A stretch of 63,723 bases of DNA, the filler included, from Cirrosporium novae-zelandiae (taxonomy: Eukaryota), in assembly GCA_026023565.1 (NCBI GenBank). It is 3 parts of 3 records of this genome, joined end to end, with 100 filler letters (N's around TTAATTAATTAA, not from the genome) between each part and the next. Parts side by side here need not be neighbours in the genome. Positions count along the whole stretch, not along the records: positions 1 to 29,278 come from JAPETS010000085.1; 2 more parts are not named here. One strand, written 5' to 3'. The stretch's first letter is position 1, and each line of letters begins with the position of its first letter. Below are positions 13,424 to 26,662 of this stretch, one piece after another. The notes beneath the pieces are model-generated. The model saw nothing but the letters and a program-made list of their open reading frames with translations. It ran no database searches and was not told the DNA's origin. The translations under genes and the position numbers were made by a program.

Positions 13424-16400
13424 AGTTGATTGATGATTTGTTCCATGTTTTTTGTTGGTCAAATTAGACAATGTTGCTTGATTGAGGATGGATACAGAGA
13501 AAACCGGGCCGACTAGGTAGGTTGCGCGAATTTCATGTTCAGAGTACAACCCTAAAAAGGCATGAGGAAAAAGGTACATTGTAGTATCGTACTGTGTACT
13601 ACTTGCTACTCTAATGTTAATAAGGGGGGGCACTGGGGGCCGAATGGGAAATTTAGGTTGGGACGACGTGGACTTCGTAATTCATAGGCACTACTATGGA
13701 TGGAGCCAAAGAAGTTTTAAAAATAACTATCCAACAAATAAAAAAAAATAAAAAAAAAACAAGAGAGAGAGAAATGGGAAAAGAGCTCAAGTGGATAAAA
13801 ATCCTAGATGGGAAAGGCATCCGTCCTTTGAGGTCTTTTAGCTGTCTCATAATTGCTACTCTCCTCTACTTGGTCAGGTATGTTCAGATCTCTCTTTGGA
13901 GGATCTGCAAGGTAGTGTTATTTCTTTGTAGGGGAATCTGCCCGAACGATGATTAATTAATTACAGAACAAGGTGCGTGCGTGTGTGAAGAGATTCAAGA
14001 GAGGGTTTTTTTTTTAGGGAACTCGTGGGCTGGTGGGCTGGTGGGCTGGTGGGCCGGATATTCCCGCATGCAGGTTCCCACTTGGCGTGAAACCATTTGT
14101 GGCCCTTGCTAATGAATGAATAAGAAAGAAAAAGACGAAGCAAAAGGAAAATGGTTTGCAGAAAAAAATCTGTAGTTAGACTCGATTGTCGGGATATGAA
14201 CATCTGCATCTGGTTGTTGTTGTTTTTTTTTTTTTTTTTTTTTCAAGGATAAAATAAAGTGGAATTTTGTGGATCTTCTCTGCCTTGTACTCGAGTACAC
14301 CAAAGGCCACTATGAATGAGGCAGGGCAACCGATAGAGGTCCAACGGGTGGCTGACGGTTCGTAGAAAGTGCACAGAAAAGGGGAGACTTTAAACTTTGA
14401 TCAAGTGGTTACAATGGATGGGAGATGTTGAACATGGTTGGTGGTATTTACTGTGGATCTCACAATATCATTATCCATGATGAAGCATCTGTGCAGAATT
14501 GCTCTTCTTACTATGGTTCTTCTTGTCTCTTATCTCTGACAAGTTACGAACTGGCTTTTCTAAAGCTTGAACGTGACGTGGGGCGTTTTTTTATTTTGCT
14601 TTCGCTCTTACTGTTGGGCAGCACTTTTATTTAATTATCTTGGAATTATCTTGGATGTGTGTTTTGCGAGTCACAGTGATCGAATTAGGAAATCATAATT
14701 TTTGTGTTTTACCGCGACGGCGATTGATTGTTGATGGTGGATGAATTGGATGAATTGGATGATGGCGATAATCGAAAACAAGGTTCTTCGGGCGGCCGGT
14801 GCCTAAATCTAAGGATTTGCCCGAAGATAAAGCGAACAAACGAACAGACACAGTTAATCATCACATCAAATCCCAAATACTAAATATCAATATAATTCCA
14901 ATATCATTATTAACCATTACTACAACGTTTCTCTGTATTATGTATCGTACCGGGGATGGATGAATTATTTGCAGCCCCGTTAGCAGGAACAAGAAGCTTG
15001 AAGGTAGCGAAGAGCCATTTTTTTCCTGCTCAAGGCGGGAGGTATTCCGAGTCGTGGGACCAAAATATGTACCTCTCTCTAATCTTGATCTCTGGACCCG
15101 ACAATGAAAGATGCACAGCCAGAACGCGTGTGACTGTGAAGATGAAGTGCATATTATTGCGTACTGGTGTTTGCTGCAGGCATTTGCATGTGGAATCGGG
15201 GGAGGGGAGAAATTCATGTGAAATACAAGAGTTAAAAGGTTCGAGAACACGAAACAAGGGAACAAGGGAACAAGGGAACAAGGGAACAAGAACAAGGGGG
15301 GGGGAGGAATTGATTGATTGATTGATGGCTGAAGAATTGTTATTATTACTTTAAAGTAGAAGCTTCTTCATAGGGCGGGCCTGTCAACCATGAAATGAGG
15401 GACATGAAAGGACATGGCCCAGAAGGAGGGAATTTCGGGCAAATATCCAGCGAGCCTCTCCTGCCCTGCCCTGCCCTGCTGCTTTTCTTTTTGTTCATAC
15501 GATCATGAAAACCCCCACGCTGTCTTTTTCTCTTTTTCTGTTCCTTTTGAATCATTATTAAATATGGTCAGGTTAGAATTCCGCAATAGGTCTTTCCACG
15601 TAAGAATTATCGTAGGAATGAATTACCCTTCAAAGAAAACCTCTGTAGGCTAAGCGGTAACTTTTACCTCACCCTGGATGAAACCGAAAATCAAGAATAG
15701 GAAAAGAATAAAATTCTAAATTTTTTATTTATTTTTTTTGATACCACGTTCGGTTGGCGGCATATCATCCTCGTTCATCATTACCATGTTCATGACTTGG
15801 ACTGGGGCCCCATTAAAGGTTTCAAAGGAAAGTTGGAAAAGGTGAAAAGTGAAAAGGTGAAAAGTGAAAAGTGAAAAAAAAAATAACAACAGTAATAATT
15901 AATGGTCCTTGGTCTATGGTCTATGGCGTATTCTCGGTTTAACAATCGGGTTTATCATGCCATGACACTACGTTATCCCGCTACCACTATGCCATTGAAA
16001 ATGTTCTTTCTATCCCACCTATCGATCCAATCATATTAGGTCATCTTCTTCTTCCCACTCTCCCTGCACCTTGCTGTGCCTGGGAATACTGTCGTCCTGT
16101 AGCTTTGGGTTTGTCAGTCACTTTTAGACCATCAAACCGACCACGCATCCAGCCCTTCCAGCCCTCTCAAACACCTCTTGGACCTCTCTACGACAGACTA
16201 AGGATTCTACGGAGGAGCTTGACTAAAGTTTCCGAATAGTAGACCTACCTTGTTACTTGTGTGTGCGTGTGTGCGTGTGTGGGTGTATTATTTTGACTTA
16301 CCTGACCTCAGATCAGCTGCTGCCATTGCTCCTTCCTTGTGCTTTAGCGTATCTCCTCGACCCTGGAATCTTGTCCGGTCTCCCCGCCAGAAACTCAACA

Positions 16401-16696
16401 GTACTCTGTACTTCAACATCGTAGCTTCTGGACCTGTTGCCTCCAGTTGCCTCCAGTTGCCTCCGAAGTACCAACAACCTTGACACCCACGTCCATTTCT
16501 CTTGTCATGATGGCTTGATAGCTGCCCAAATAATGGGCACGATTCCACGCTGACGCCTTCACTAATCTTTCACTTTCTCATTGTCCACCTCAACTTACCC
16601 GGACTGCCTGAATTTTGAATACCTTGGCTTATCCCCTTCCTATCTACACCTAGCTCATTCCGCTATACACTTTGCCATATGCTTATTAAGGACGGC

Positions 16697-18649
16697 ATGG
16701 CTTTCAACTTCTTTGGCGGGGGCGGGGGCCCTGCCTCTGCCAAAATCTTCGAGATCCGGTTTGCATTCTCTCCCTCGCATGGTGATTTGAGTTGGATCGA
16801 ATGCTGACGGATTGCTTCCTCTAGATTGGACTCGAGCAATCTCGTCCTTCGCGGTTCCGAGCATGAGGCAGCCAGTGCCCTCCTCAAAGGCAGTGTTGTT
16901 CTGTGCCTTTCCGAGCCACTGAGGATACAGAATATACATATGCGCCTATCTGGCGAGTCAAGAGTCAGGTGAATAATCTACGGTTCAATGCTGTTCCTAT
17001 GGTGCTGAATGCTGACCGTTCCTCAGTTGGCCGATTCCTGCCAGCCAAACCAGTTCTGGAAAGAGCCGGCTGGAACGGAGAAAAGAGTTCTTTAGTGTCC
17101 CGTGGGTTTTCAAACCGAACGGCGTCAGCGGTCCGCAGACGTTAAAACCAGGCAACTATGAATTCGATTTCGAACATGCCATCACTGGTGATATGCCCGA
17201 AAGCATTGAGGGCCTGGACAACAGCTGGATTATATACCGAATGAAGGCCACAATCGAAAGGGGAATGCTGCAACAGAATATTCATGCGCGAAGGCATGTG
17301 AGAGTTATCCGGACCCTGGAGGCAAGTGCCCTCGAGCTGGCACATGAAATGGTAAGTTGGGTATCATGTAGGAAAATAGGATTGCGCTGATTCTAGCAAG
17401 TCGGTTGAAAACATTTGGCCAAACAAGATTGATTATACGATTCGAACACCCGTTAAAGCCGTAATATTTGGTACCAGCGTCGCAACAGAGTTTCGACTAA
17501 GTCCTCTTTTGAAGGGACTGAAAATTGGGGCTATTACCACTCGGATCGAGGAGGTACAGGAATTTACCATTGAAGGGATAAGCCCGAGGTTTAATGCTGC
17601 AAAGAATGTCAGGGTTATAGGCGAGGATACCTACCATATTCCGGAGACACAAGAAACGGAGGAATGGGAGGGCCAGGAATCATATCACTTCGAAAGAACG
17701 ATTCAGCTTCCGAGAAGCCTGGTTGCATGCATTCAAGATGTGGATGCCAAGGGAATCAAGGTCCGGCACAAGATGAAATACAATGTGCAGTTGCACAATC
17801 CGGATGGCCATACCTCCGAAGTAAGTGTACTAATTGACATCCAATGACCTGAATGCTGACGGGGTCAAGCTCCGTGCCACTCTCCCTCTGACGATATTTC
17901 TCTCGCCCAATCTCCCTCTCGATGATAGCAATGAGCTCGTGGAGCGAAATCCGGTGGTCGTACAAGCCACCGCTGATGCCGCCCAAGTTGCCCCTCCAAT
18001 GTACGGGGAGCACCAGTTTGATCAACTGTACAGTGATATTGATACCAGCGGGTTCACCACCCGAGGTGTCAACACACCTTTTATGGCTCGCAGCCGCAAC
18101 CAGTCGACTGAAAATCTATCCAACCTTGCGTCAATGGATGCCCTCACAGAATCCACGGTTGCTCCAGCAGAACTAGAACAACGATTGACAAACCTCCAGG
18201 AACCCGCGCAACAGGATCATCCTGCACCGACATCCAGAAACAGCCACTATAGCCGATCCGGCCATAGCTCAAATACCCAGACACCAAGCCATGCATTATC
18301 CCGGCGTCATTCGCAGGAGGACGGAAGCTCGGGGACGCAGAACTCGGGCGCGCAAACCCCACGAACGCTACATCTAGAGGCAGATACAGAGGCATTGTCT
18401 CGAGTACCTAGTTATCAAACTGCTGTTCGTACCCCCGCGGTCCGAACGCCATTTACCGATAGTCTCCCCGACTACAACACAGCAATGAGTGCGCCACCCA
18501 GTCCCAGTGCAGAGAACAGCAACATCGATGGAGTAGTGCATGACCAACCTCCGGATAGTTATTTTCCATCTGAATTGCCAACCCGACCAGCTCCAGTCAG
18601 GTTAGCGAACGGCATGCAGAGGACAAATGAGGAATTCAGGTTGATGTAA
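16697..18649 (+). CDS. creD: Alpha-arrestin / HECT-ligase adaptor CreD (Rod1/Rog3 family), 5 exons
   Basis: MAFNFFGGGG...FEIR-LDSSNLVLRGSEHEAASALLKG; GNYEFDF; MPESIEGL; SVENIWPNKIDY; VQLHNPDGHTSE-LRATLP; PY-type motifs PPMY, VPSY, LPDY. Confidence 0.92.
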
Positions 18650-19491
18650 ATCCATGGATTAACGATATTTGACGAGCCAAGACACCATTCGTGAACCAGG
18701 AACGCATTGAATGACTTCGAAAACTTCCTAGGTATTGATTTGATCAGCATTTTTACGGCGCAATTAGCGTATAGACTGGACTGGGATATTTGTGATGGAT
18801 TCGGCACTCAGAGGAGTAAGAACGTTTATGGGGCGGTGAGATGGGAAACACCAAACTCTACTCCTGTATATGCAACATCCTAACGGCGGCTTTTTTATGG
18901 CATGAATTATGGAAGGGGAGAATGTTATATTCCAAAATGGATGAATATCTTCAGCTTAGGGAGCGTAGGAATGGAAGCAGGAGTACCGGTAGGGGGGGGG
19001 GGCTACTTGGAAGCGTTGACTACCCCTGTAATAACATGAGGTTCGCTATTAAATACATAATTACTTTCTACACAGCCTCGGGGTAAAATGTCTAGATAAA
19101 TTCTCATGCCCAGACCGTCGACTAATTTAATAATTATAATTGACGCATGTGGCTTACGTGGAGGTGGTGCCACGAGTGCCACGAAGTCTATCTTGAGCTC
19201 TTCCTCGAGTATTTGGCTGTGCGGCAGCCGACAGTGATCATCGGCTGATCCTTGCCTGTGAACCCGTTGAACCCTTATTTACGTCACCTCCTATCTCAAT
19301 TGGTAAACAATTTATCTGCCGTGTCAAGATTGCTTTGGACCTCGAGGGTGTCCTACTTTATTGCGCCTGTCTCATTAATCATCCATCTTTATTGTATCAT
19401 AATTACCTGATTGAGTACTGCCGATTGCTTCTAATCCTAATACTTTATGTCCCCTCTTTCTACTATTTACTTCTAGGAAGAACTGACCATC

Positions 19492-20998
19492 ATGGCCGCC
19501 GAAAAGGAAATGTCTATTAGCAAGTCTAATACCACAACGACCTTCGGGTCGCACTCAGATGACGATGCCGTTCCCGATATCAATCCTGACAATGTGAGAT
19601 GCGACCATTGATTCTGATGACCTTCAATGGTTTATCCGTTCGATCATTGCGCTGACGGGAGACTGCCGATACAGACCACCGGACTTTTTCTCGAGCGATT
19701 GAGAGCTTGGAAACATGCCTGTGGTTATCTCGAAAACTATATCAGTGCCACGGAAAAGATGCAAAAGTCGCATGCGAAGGAGGTAGAGAAGGTCCTGAAG
19801 GTACACTACTGTCTGTTCGATTATTATTGATCAGATCTAATGCTAATGGGTCCTGTTATGGTAGACTATTTCCGATCCCCTCAGAGAAGGCCATCACTTC
19901 GATCAAAGTCTGGGTGGCATTGCCGGTTTATTTGACAACCTTCGTGCAAATACCCAAGGAATTGCAAACCAGCATCTCGAGACCGAGAAGAATCTCAAGG
20001 GCCAAATTCTACCCATCCTCACCCGTCTACACACAGAAATCAAGAACAAATCGAAAGAGGTCACCAATGGTGCTGGAAAATCCGCAAAGGCGGTAGAGAA
20101 AGCACGCAATGAAACCCAGAAGCACATTGAGAAACTAGGCCAGTACACTGCTGTCGTCGCTGCGTCTGGCGATACCAAAACCGATTCAGCCAATGATCCG
20201 TATGTCGTTCAACGTGGAATCTACTATCGCCTGAACAGGCAAGTTGTCGAAGAAAACAATAACCGGCAGGACCTGATCCAGGTCCAGAATTCGTTCCCTG
20301 ACTTTGAATCACACGTCCTCGCTGTATTTCAAGAGGCCTTGGCCGGCTTCAACGGTCTCATGTCGACCCAATCCGAACGCCAACGCATTATGTACGGCGA
20401 AGTCGTTACTACCTCGCAGACTGTTCCGCCAGACTTTGAATGGAGCGGTTTCAAGCGCCGCAACGAGCATGCCTTAGTAGACCCCAATGCCCCCCCGAGG
20501 TCTATGGACAACGCCAACTTCCCAAATATGAACCATTCTGCTACCAAACCCCTTATCGAAGGAACACTCGAGCGCAGAGGTACCGGAGCTATGAAAATAA
20601 AGGGCTACAGTACCGGTTACTATGCTATAACCTCGGCCCACTACATTCACGAATTCAAAGATAACGATAACTTCCGCAAGGACCCAACCCCCGAACTCTC
20701 TCTCTATCTCCCCGACTGTACTGTCGGCGCCGTCGATGGCGTCAAGTTCAACATCAAAGGTAAGGATGTATCTGGAGGAAAGGTGGGAACCAAGCTAAGC
20801 ATGACCCACGAATTTGCGTTCAAGGCGCACACTGCGGATGATGCGAAGATGTGGTGGAACCTAATCCGGCAGGATTCTCCCATCAGTCCAACAAGTCCTC
20901 TTGAGGGCCAGCAAACCGGTATTAGCCGGAGTAGTACTATGAAGAGCGCCGGAAGCACTTTTGGAAGCCTCGTTAGATCGGCAACACATAAGACATGA
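19492..20998 (+). CDS. Slm1-like BAR-PH domain protein, 3 exons (19492-19593, 19675-19800, 19865-20998)
   Basis: ERLRAWKHACGYLENY, SDPLREGHHFDQSLGGIAGLF helical BAR region, then PH domain (PLIEGTLER..GYYAIT..YIHEF..PELSLYLPDC..FAFKA..WW). Confidence 0.85.
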
Positions 20999-21518
20999 GG
21001 ACCAGGATATGACATGCGTTGGATAATACCGATGAGAACTTTGGCTACAACTGAAAATATGGGAAGCGAGCCATTGAATAAATTGGGGTGCTGATTATAC
21101 GAATAAAACGTGTTCGCCGATAACCGCCTTCTGCTTCTTGTTGATAATGCTTTGTGTTAAGTTTTTTAGAGATACCACCTAGCATCGCTCCGCCCTACGC
21201 TCTTTTGAGGATTTTAGAAATATACCTTGGGTGATTCTAGTTCCCAAACCTAGGTACTGACATGGCGGGATTCAGTTCATATCACTTTTAATAACTACCT
21301 AATATAGGTAGTGTAGGTAACCCTTTTGGCTATAGGCTCGAACCTAACTACTTCCTACCCTTTTGAATACCTTTCAGTTCACCGAAACATTTTGAATATG
21401 ACTTTGAGTAGTGACCGATCGTTTAGGTGTTTGTTTCATTTGGAGTGGGCGCAATGGATAACTATAGATTAGAGTCGGCACGCTTGATATGGGTATTTTA
21501 GCTAGGCTTTGATTTTCC

Positions 21519-21596
21519 TATATATTCATCCACTTCTCACATTCTATATACTCACCAACTTTTCACATTCTATATATTCACCAACTTCTTAAATTC
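21519..21596 (+). promoter_or_regulatory. Three tandem 26-bp repeats each starting with TATATA, upstream of the BTB gene
   Basis: tatatattcatccacttctcacattc / tatatactcaccaacttttcacattc / tatatattcaccaacttcttaaattc ending 44 bp before ATG 21641. Confidence 0.6.
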
Positions 21597-21640
21597 TGCT
21601 CTTAAGCATATCAAATTATACCCCAGTTCCCAGAAGCTAT

Positions 21641-22696
21641 ATGGAGAAAATAAAGAACTTTCCCACGATCGAGTTTGATCCTTATGGCGATCTCAAGCTA
21701 GTTGTCTATAACTACGATGGCCCTAGTGTCCTTGTCGTGTCATCGAAAGCCATGAGTTTAGCTTGTGATCCCTGGCGAGTCATGTTAGGTCCCGAAGCCA
21801 AGTTCAGCGAGGCACAACCCGAGCACTCTAAGATCATCCCATTACCAGAAGACGATCCGGTGGCTCTATCAATATTATTGCACATTGTGCACCTCCAGTT
21901 CGACCAGGTGCCTTCAAAGCTTGAATTCGACGATTTTGTGGAGATGGCTATGCTTACAGACAAGTATCAAGCCACAAAACTCGTGGCCCCCTGGGTCCCA
22001 AATTGGATCTGGGAAGTGAGCTGCCTGGCTAAAAGGGAGGGATTTGAGAAATGGCTGTGGATTGCTTGGGAGTTCGGAGTTACCATGTCCTTCGAGACGG
22101 TGGCTAGCAGATTGGTTCTGGAATCATCCACCAACGACGAAGGAAAATGCTTGACCTCGGTGGGAGAGGTAGTAGTGGAAGATATGCCATCAGATATTGT
22201 TGGTGAGGAAATGCCCATCTTATCCCGGTGCCATGTTAGTCCAAGCTGATTGAATTATCTGTGTATAGAAAATGTTCTTGAAGTCCGCAAAGCAACAATC
22301 GACCGCTTACTGGAAATTGCGTATTATCACGTCAACCACTTCACCCACCCCAACACTTTATTCTTCTGCAGAGCTTCGCGGAATAATCAAGCATGTGATG
22401 CGCTGTTCTACGGAAGCCTAATCAAGGAGCTGCAAAGATGCCGGCTAGGGCCCGATCGGAAGGAGGCGTCGGAGATTTTTATGAGCGTCAAAGAACTTGC
22501 ACAAAAGCTAAAGACGCTGGAGCTTTTTGTATACCCCAGCGATACCAGTGTAAACGGAAATCATGGCGAGTGTAGCTGGTCTAGGTGGATATCGACTCGG
22601 GTGGACAAGGTCCTGAGGGAAATACCATCGGCGGTTACGGATTCGCACAGACGGCATCTCAGCGCGCAGGAACTGAAGTGTAAATCAAAGGGGTGA
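21641..22696 (+). CDS. Fungal BTB/POZ-domain protein, 2 exons (intron about 22203-22268)
   Basis: FDPYGDLKLVV..LVVSSKAMSLAC..WRVML..F.EA..IPLPEDDPVALSILLHIVHLQF..A.LTDKY..W pattern of fungal BTB proteins; Cys-containing C-terminal part. Confidence 0.85.
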
Positions 22697-25600
22697 AGAA
22701 TAGCTTTTGAGAAGGACGAAGGGAAAGGGGTTGTTACTTGCAAGGTTGATTGATAAAGGGATATGGAATTTATGAGGGAAGAATACCCCAGGTTGGGTAG
22801 TGTACTTGAAGCGATGGATATTAGATGTTGGCGTTGATTGGATAAACTTGGTTGCACTTGATTAAGATACCCAGGTTATATTGTTGGATTCTTACAAAGA
22901 GTTAGGTGTTAGTGTTAGTGTTCCTTGAAAAATCAAGAAGATTGTTATATGTATTCATGACCTTTCTTGTCTTTAATATTATTAGTAATTAGAAATCAAT
23001 GAAAACAAACATACTGTACATGTACAAAATCAACAACAAGCCCCCTTCTTTAGTTGGTACTCTTTAAGTCTAGTCAGTAACCCAGTCAGTCACCTTTTAA
23101 TAGCTCAACACTATGATATATATCTAGATGTATATGTTTTTTTCTTGGAGGATATCCTCTTCTCTACCCCTTATACAGTAGTGCTACCTACTAATCTATC
23201 TTATTCACTATACTAATGCTGTATGTATGTATGTATACCTCCTCTTCATCATCATTATCAAATTTCCTTCATTTCCCTTTCCCTTTACCATTTATTGTGT
23301 GATATGGGTGTATAACTAGGGAAAAGGAATAAGAACCAGACCAGACCCATTAAACCGACCAGATTGTTTAATTAAATTAGACTTTCTAATTGTCTTACAA
23401 AACAAATCTAATTCGCTATTCGGGGTTCTTTTGTATAAAATAAAAAAGATATTTCGGTCCGATTAGATTGAACTTTTTTATTTTATTTTATTTTATTTCA
23501 TGGAGAGATTGATTGATCGATTAGATCGGACCGAGGGGTTGAGGGGTTGTGGTCTGGGTCTATCCTTTTCAAAAGTTTCACAGTCAAGTCTAAGATATTA
23601 TAACCCGAAACATATAAATAAGCCTAATTGTTGAGACATTTTGAACTTATACCGACTGTAACCGACACATAACTAAACTTTTGCTAATTAATAGATTCCC
23701 ACATCACATTTTCACATTTTTACATTTTCCTTTTTCCCCATCTTCATTCAATCTCCCCCGCTATCTTTTATTCACAATCTTCATTCACAAATCTTCCACT
23801 TAACAAAAAGTAAGGCCAATTAAGCTGTTCGAGTGAACTAAATTAATTATGGGAACATGCGGGCCATGGCTAATATGGCTGGCTTATATGGTTTGAGAAA
23901 ATTGAAAGTCTTTGCTTTTTCTATTAATCTAAATGACCCATGATGATGGATGGATATGTACTATATAAAAATATATTTACCATTAAAAAAGTGCTATTGT
24001 ATATTTTTTTTTGCTTGCTTGCTTGCTTGTCCGACAAAGGGTGGGTCTAGACTGGGATCTTTGAGAAAAGTGAATCAAGTGAATTAATATCTTCGGCGTT
24101 CCTGGGTACTCAGTAAAGCAAGGAAAGCAAAGCAAAGCATTTAAGGAGCGTAGATCCCCTTTCTTCTTCTATCTTTCCTTCAAGGCCTCGGCTCTCGGTG
24201 GCTCAACTTCTATGGATTCGTCTTACCCCCCTTTATCCTTGACATATATATATATATATGTGGTATTATTAACTAATTAACTATATTTTGGCTGCAAGCA
24301 GATCCAAAACTATAGACCCAAACAAATGCCGATGAACGACAAAGATATACATTGGGCTTCGAGACAACGGGGAGAAGCCTTTTCTTAACTCTATATATAT
24401 ATGTATTATCCCATAGGCCCCGGAATCAAATAGAATAGAAAATAACACACACACACAACTAGCTTTTCGGCTCCTATCATTTATTATCAGGCTTACAAGC
24501 CATTCAAGCCACCTTCTTTATATTTCCTTTCACAACCATTCACACACCAAATTTTTTTTAAATTCCTAAACAAAAAGTACAAGTACACAAACCGTTTATC
24601 TTTGCTTTACCAAAACGCTCGCTCCGACGGTGTGGTTATGCGGATTTGACACTAGCCTAATTGGGCTAGTGCTGGCTATTTAACTCGCCTTCGTAGCTTA
24701 GACTTGACCAACCACCTTACACACTTTTCACTAGAAACATCCACCCTCCCTCATTTGGCTCCACCACGTGGGCATGGTATTAAAACAAATGATAAATAAA
24801 TGCAACACCTGCCATAACGCTATCAAAGCAAGAGACATTCTGAAAACTCGAAACTTTCAAGTTCAATAATTTTAATTTTCGTAGAAGAGGTGAGAATTAA
24901 CAACCGAAATAGGGGAGACCTCGCTTGCTATATAGATTGGAGTCACCTTCTTGCTTCTTGCTTTTAGGCCCTTAATGACCCAACTAACTACTTATATATA
25001 CATAAATACATTAATAACATGAAAAAATCCCTCCTCCTCACTCCTTCAGGGGGGGAGGGGTTAATATATAATCATCACTGCTTTAGCTGGCTACATATAT
25101 CTTAACTCCCTCTAAATATCTTCTTCTACTCTGATTATATATTACAGTTCCGAACTTTCTCCACCACAGCGAAGGTTTCGCTGAGGGAGGAAGAAAAAGA
25201 AGAGGAAGGTTTTGCATCATACTGTGTGTGCGTGTGTGTGTGTGATTCCCCACATACCACTCACTTTCTATCTATCTATCTCAGCTTTTCTTGGATTCAA
25301 GATTCGAGCTGAAGATTAAAGAGATGTGAGGGATAGGATAGGATAGGATAGGATAGGATAGGATAAGGGGGAATATTACAGATAGGTACCTGAAGACCTC
25401 CCGAAAGAGCTTATTCTCACCATCTCCATTCCAAAACCGAGGAAACGATCTTTCGCGACCCCCCGACTCTTGGGAAGAACTTATGTCCCTTTTTTTTTAG
25501 AGAAGGACTTCATATAGGAATTTGAATTATACGGATTCTACCTGAGATCGATCCAAGGCGATAATTATATGAAGGAGCATGAGTTAGGTATAACGGACAC

Positions 25601-26662
25601 AAGGGAGAGTCGTCAAAACGATATCGTTACTGTCCATACACTGAAGCCTTTTACTAAGACTTATGTTAATCATTTTTCTTATTTGGTGATAGCCCCCCCC
25701 CATATTTAGTTAACCTCGATGATGGAAGAAAACCATGACTTTGGCAAGCGTACTAGTCTCTTCCGCCGGGGGCTTACAAATCTTTTTCTATTTCATCCAT
25801 TGAAATTCAATTAATAGATTCCTTGACGACAAGCACTTATGGATGTATACGATTCTGCCACACTAAATGAAACACCTAGGTCTATTGAGGGCCCATTGAT
25901 GGTGTTTACAATTTTGCACAACTTGCTACTCTATCCTAAGAGCCAGCTTAATCTATATCAGATAGCCTACGAAGATCAGAGCTGGGCTCGGATAACTCAT
26001 CTATACACTTGCTAGGGCAGAGAGTGAACAGTTCTGGATTGATCACAACCGAAGACAAGGTCAAGGTTCATCACTAGCTTAGATTTTCTGAGAATTTTGA
26101 AAGAGCTGGAAACATATATCTAGGCATGATTGGATGGTTGCGAGCGAGACAAGGTACTAACCATGCTATGTGCAAATAGTTGCACCTTTGGTAGATAAGA
26201 AAAAGCCCCTTCTAATGAGCAGCCCCTGTGTCATAAGGCAAGCCGAGAAGTGTTAAGTCATACGAACTACATGAGCTAGAACACGAAGGGGCTAGAGTGG
26301 AAAATCTTTTACTTCTATACAATTTACTATAGACTAGAAGATAACGTAACTATATATAATATATGCATGTTGTCATCACTGGCGCACACTTAGCCTTCCA
26401 TCGTTTTCATAGAAGCGAGAGGCATCCATGCTGTCGGCTATTTGCTACTGGCCCTGAGAGGTTACAAATAACGATAGCTAATAACAAGAAAGTAACAAAA
26501 ACGCCCCTTGTATGTTAGTTGATAGATTAGACTAGATTAGATTAGATAGCTACTACGTGCGACTGATGTCCCGGAGTATTCCGTGCCGAGACTAGGCAAT
26601 AGATGACATTTTTCATAAATTTAGTTCTACATCGTTACACAAAAAACAGCCCAACTGCACAT

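Noticed and set aside
21325..21350. GGTTCGAGCC B-box/T-loop-like motif on the minus strand
   Set aside because: No acceptor, D or anticodon stems around it; not a tRNA.
22860..26660. AT-rich 3.8-kb intergenic tract with microsatellites and small hairpins (for example 24651-24670)
   Set aside because: No ORF, TIR/TSD pair or convincing Helitron end; treated as ordinary low-complexity DNA.
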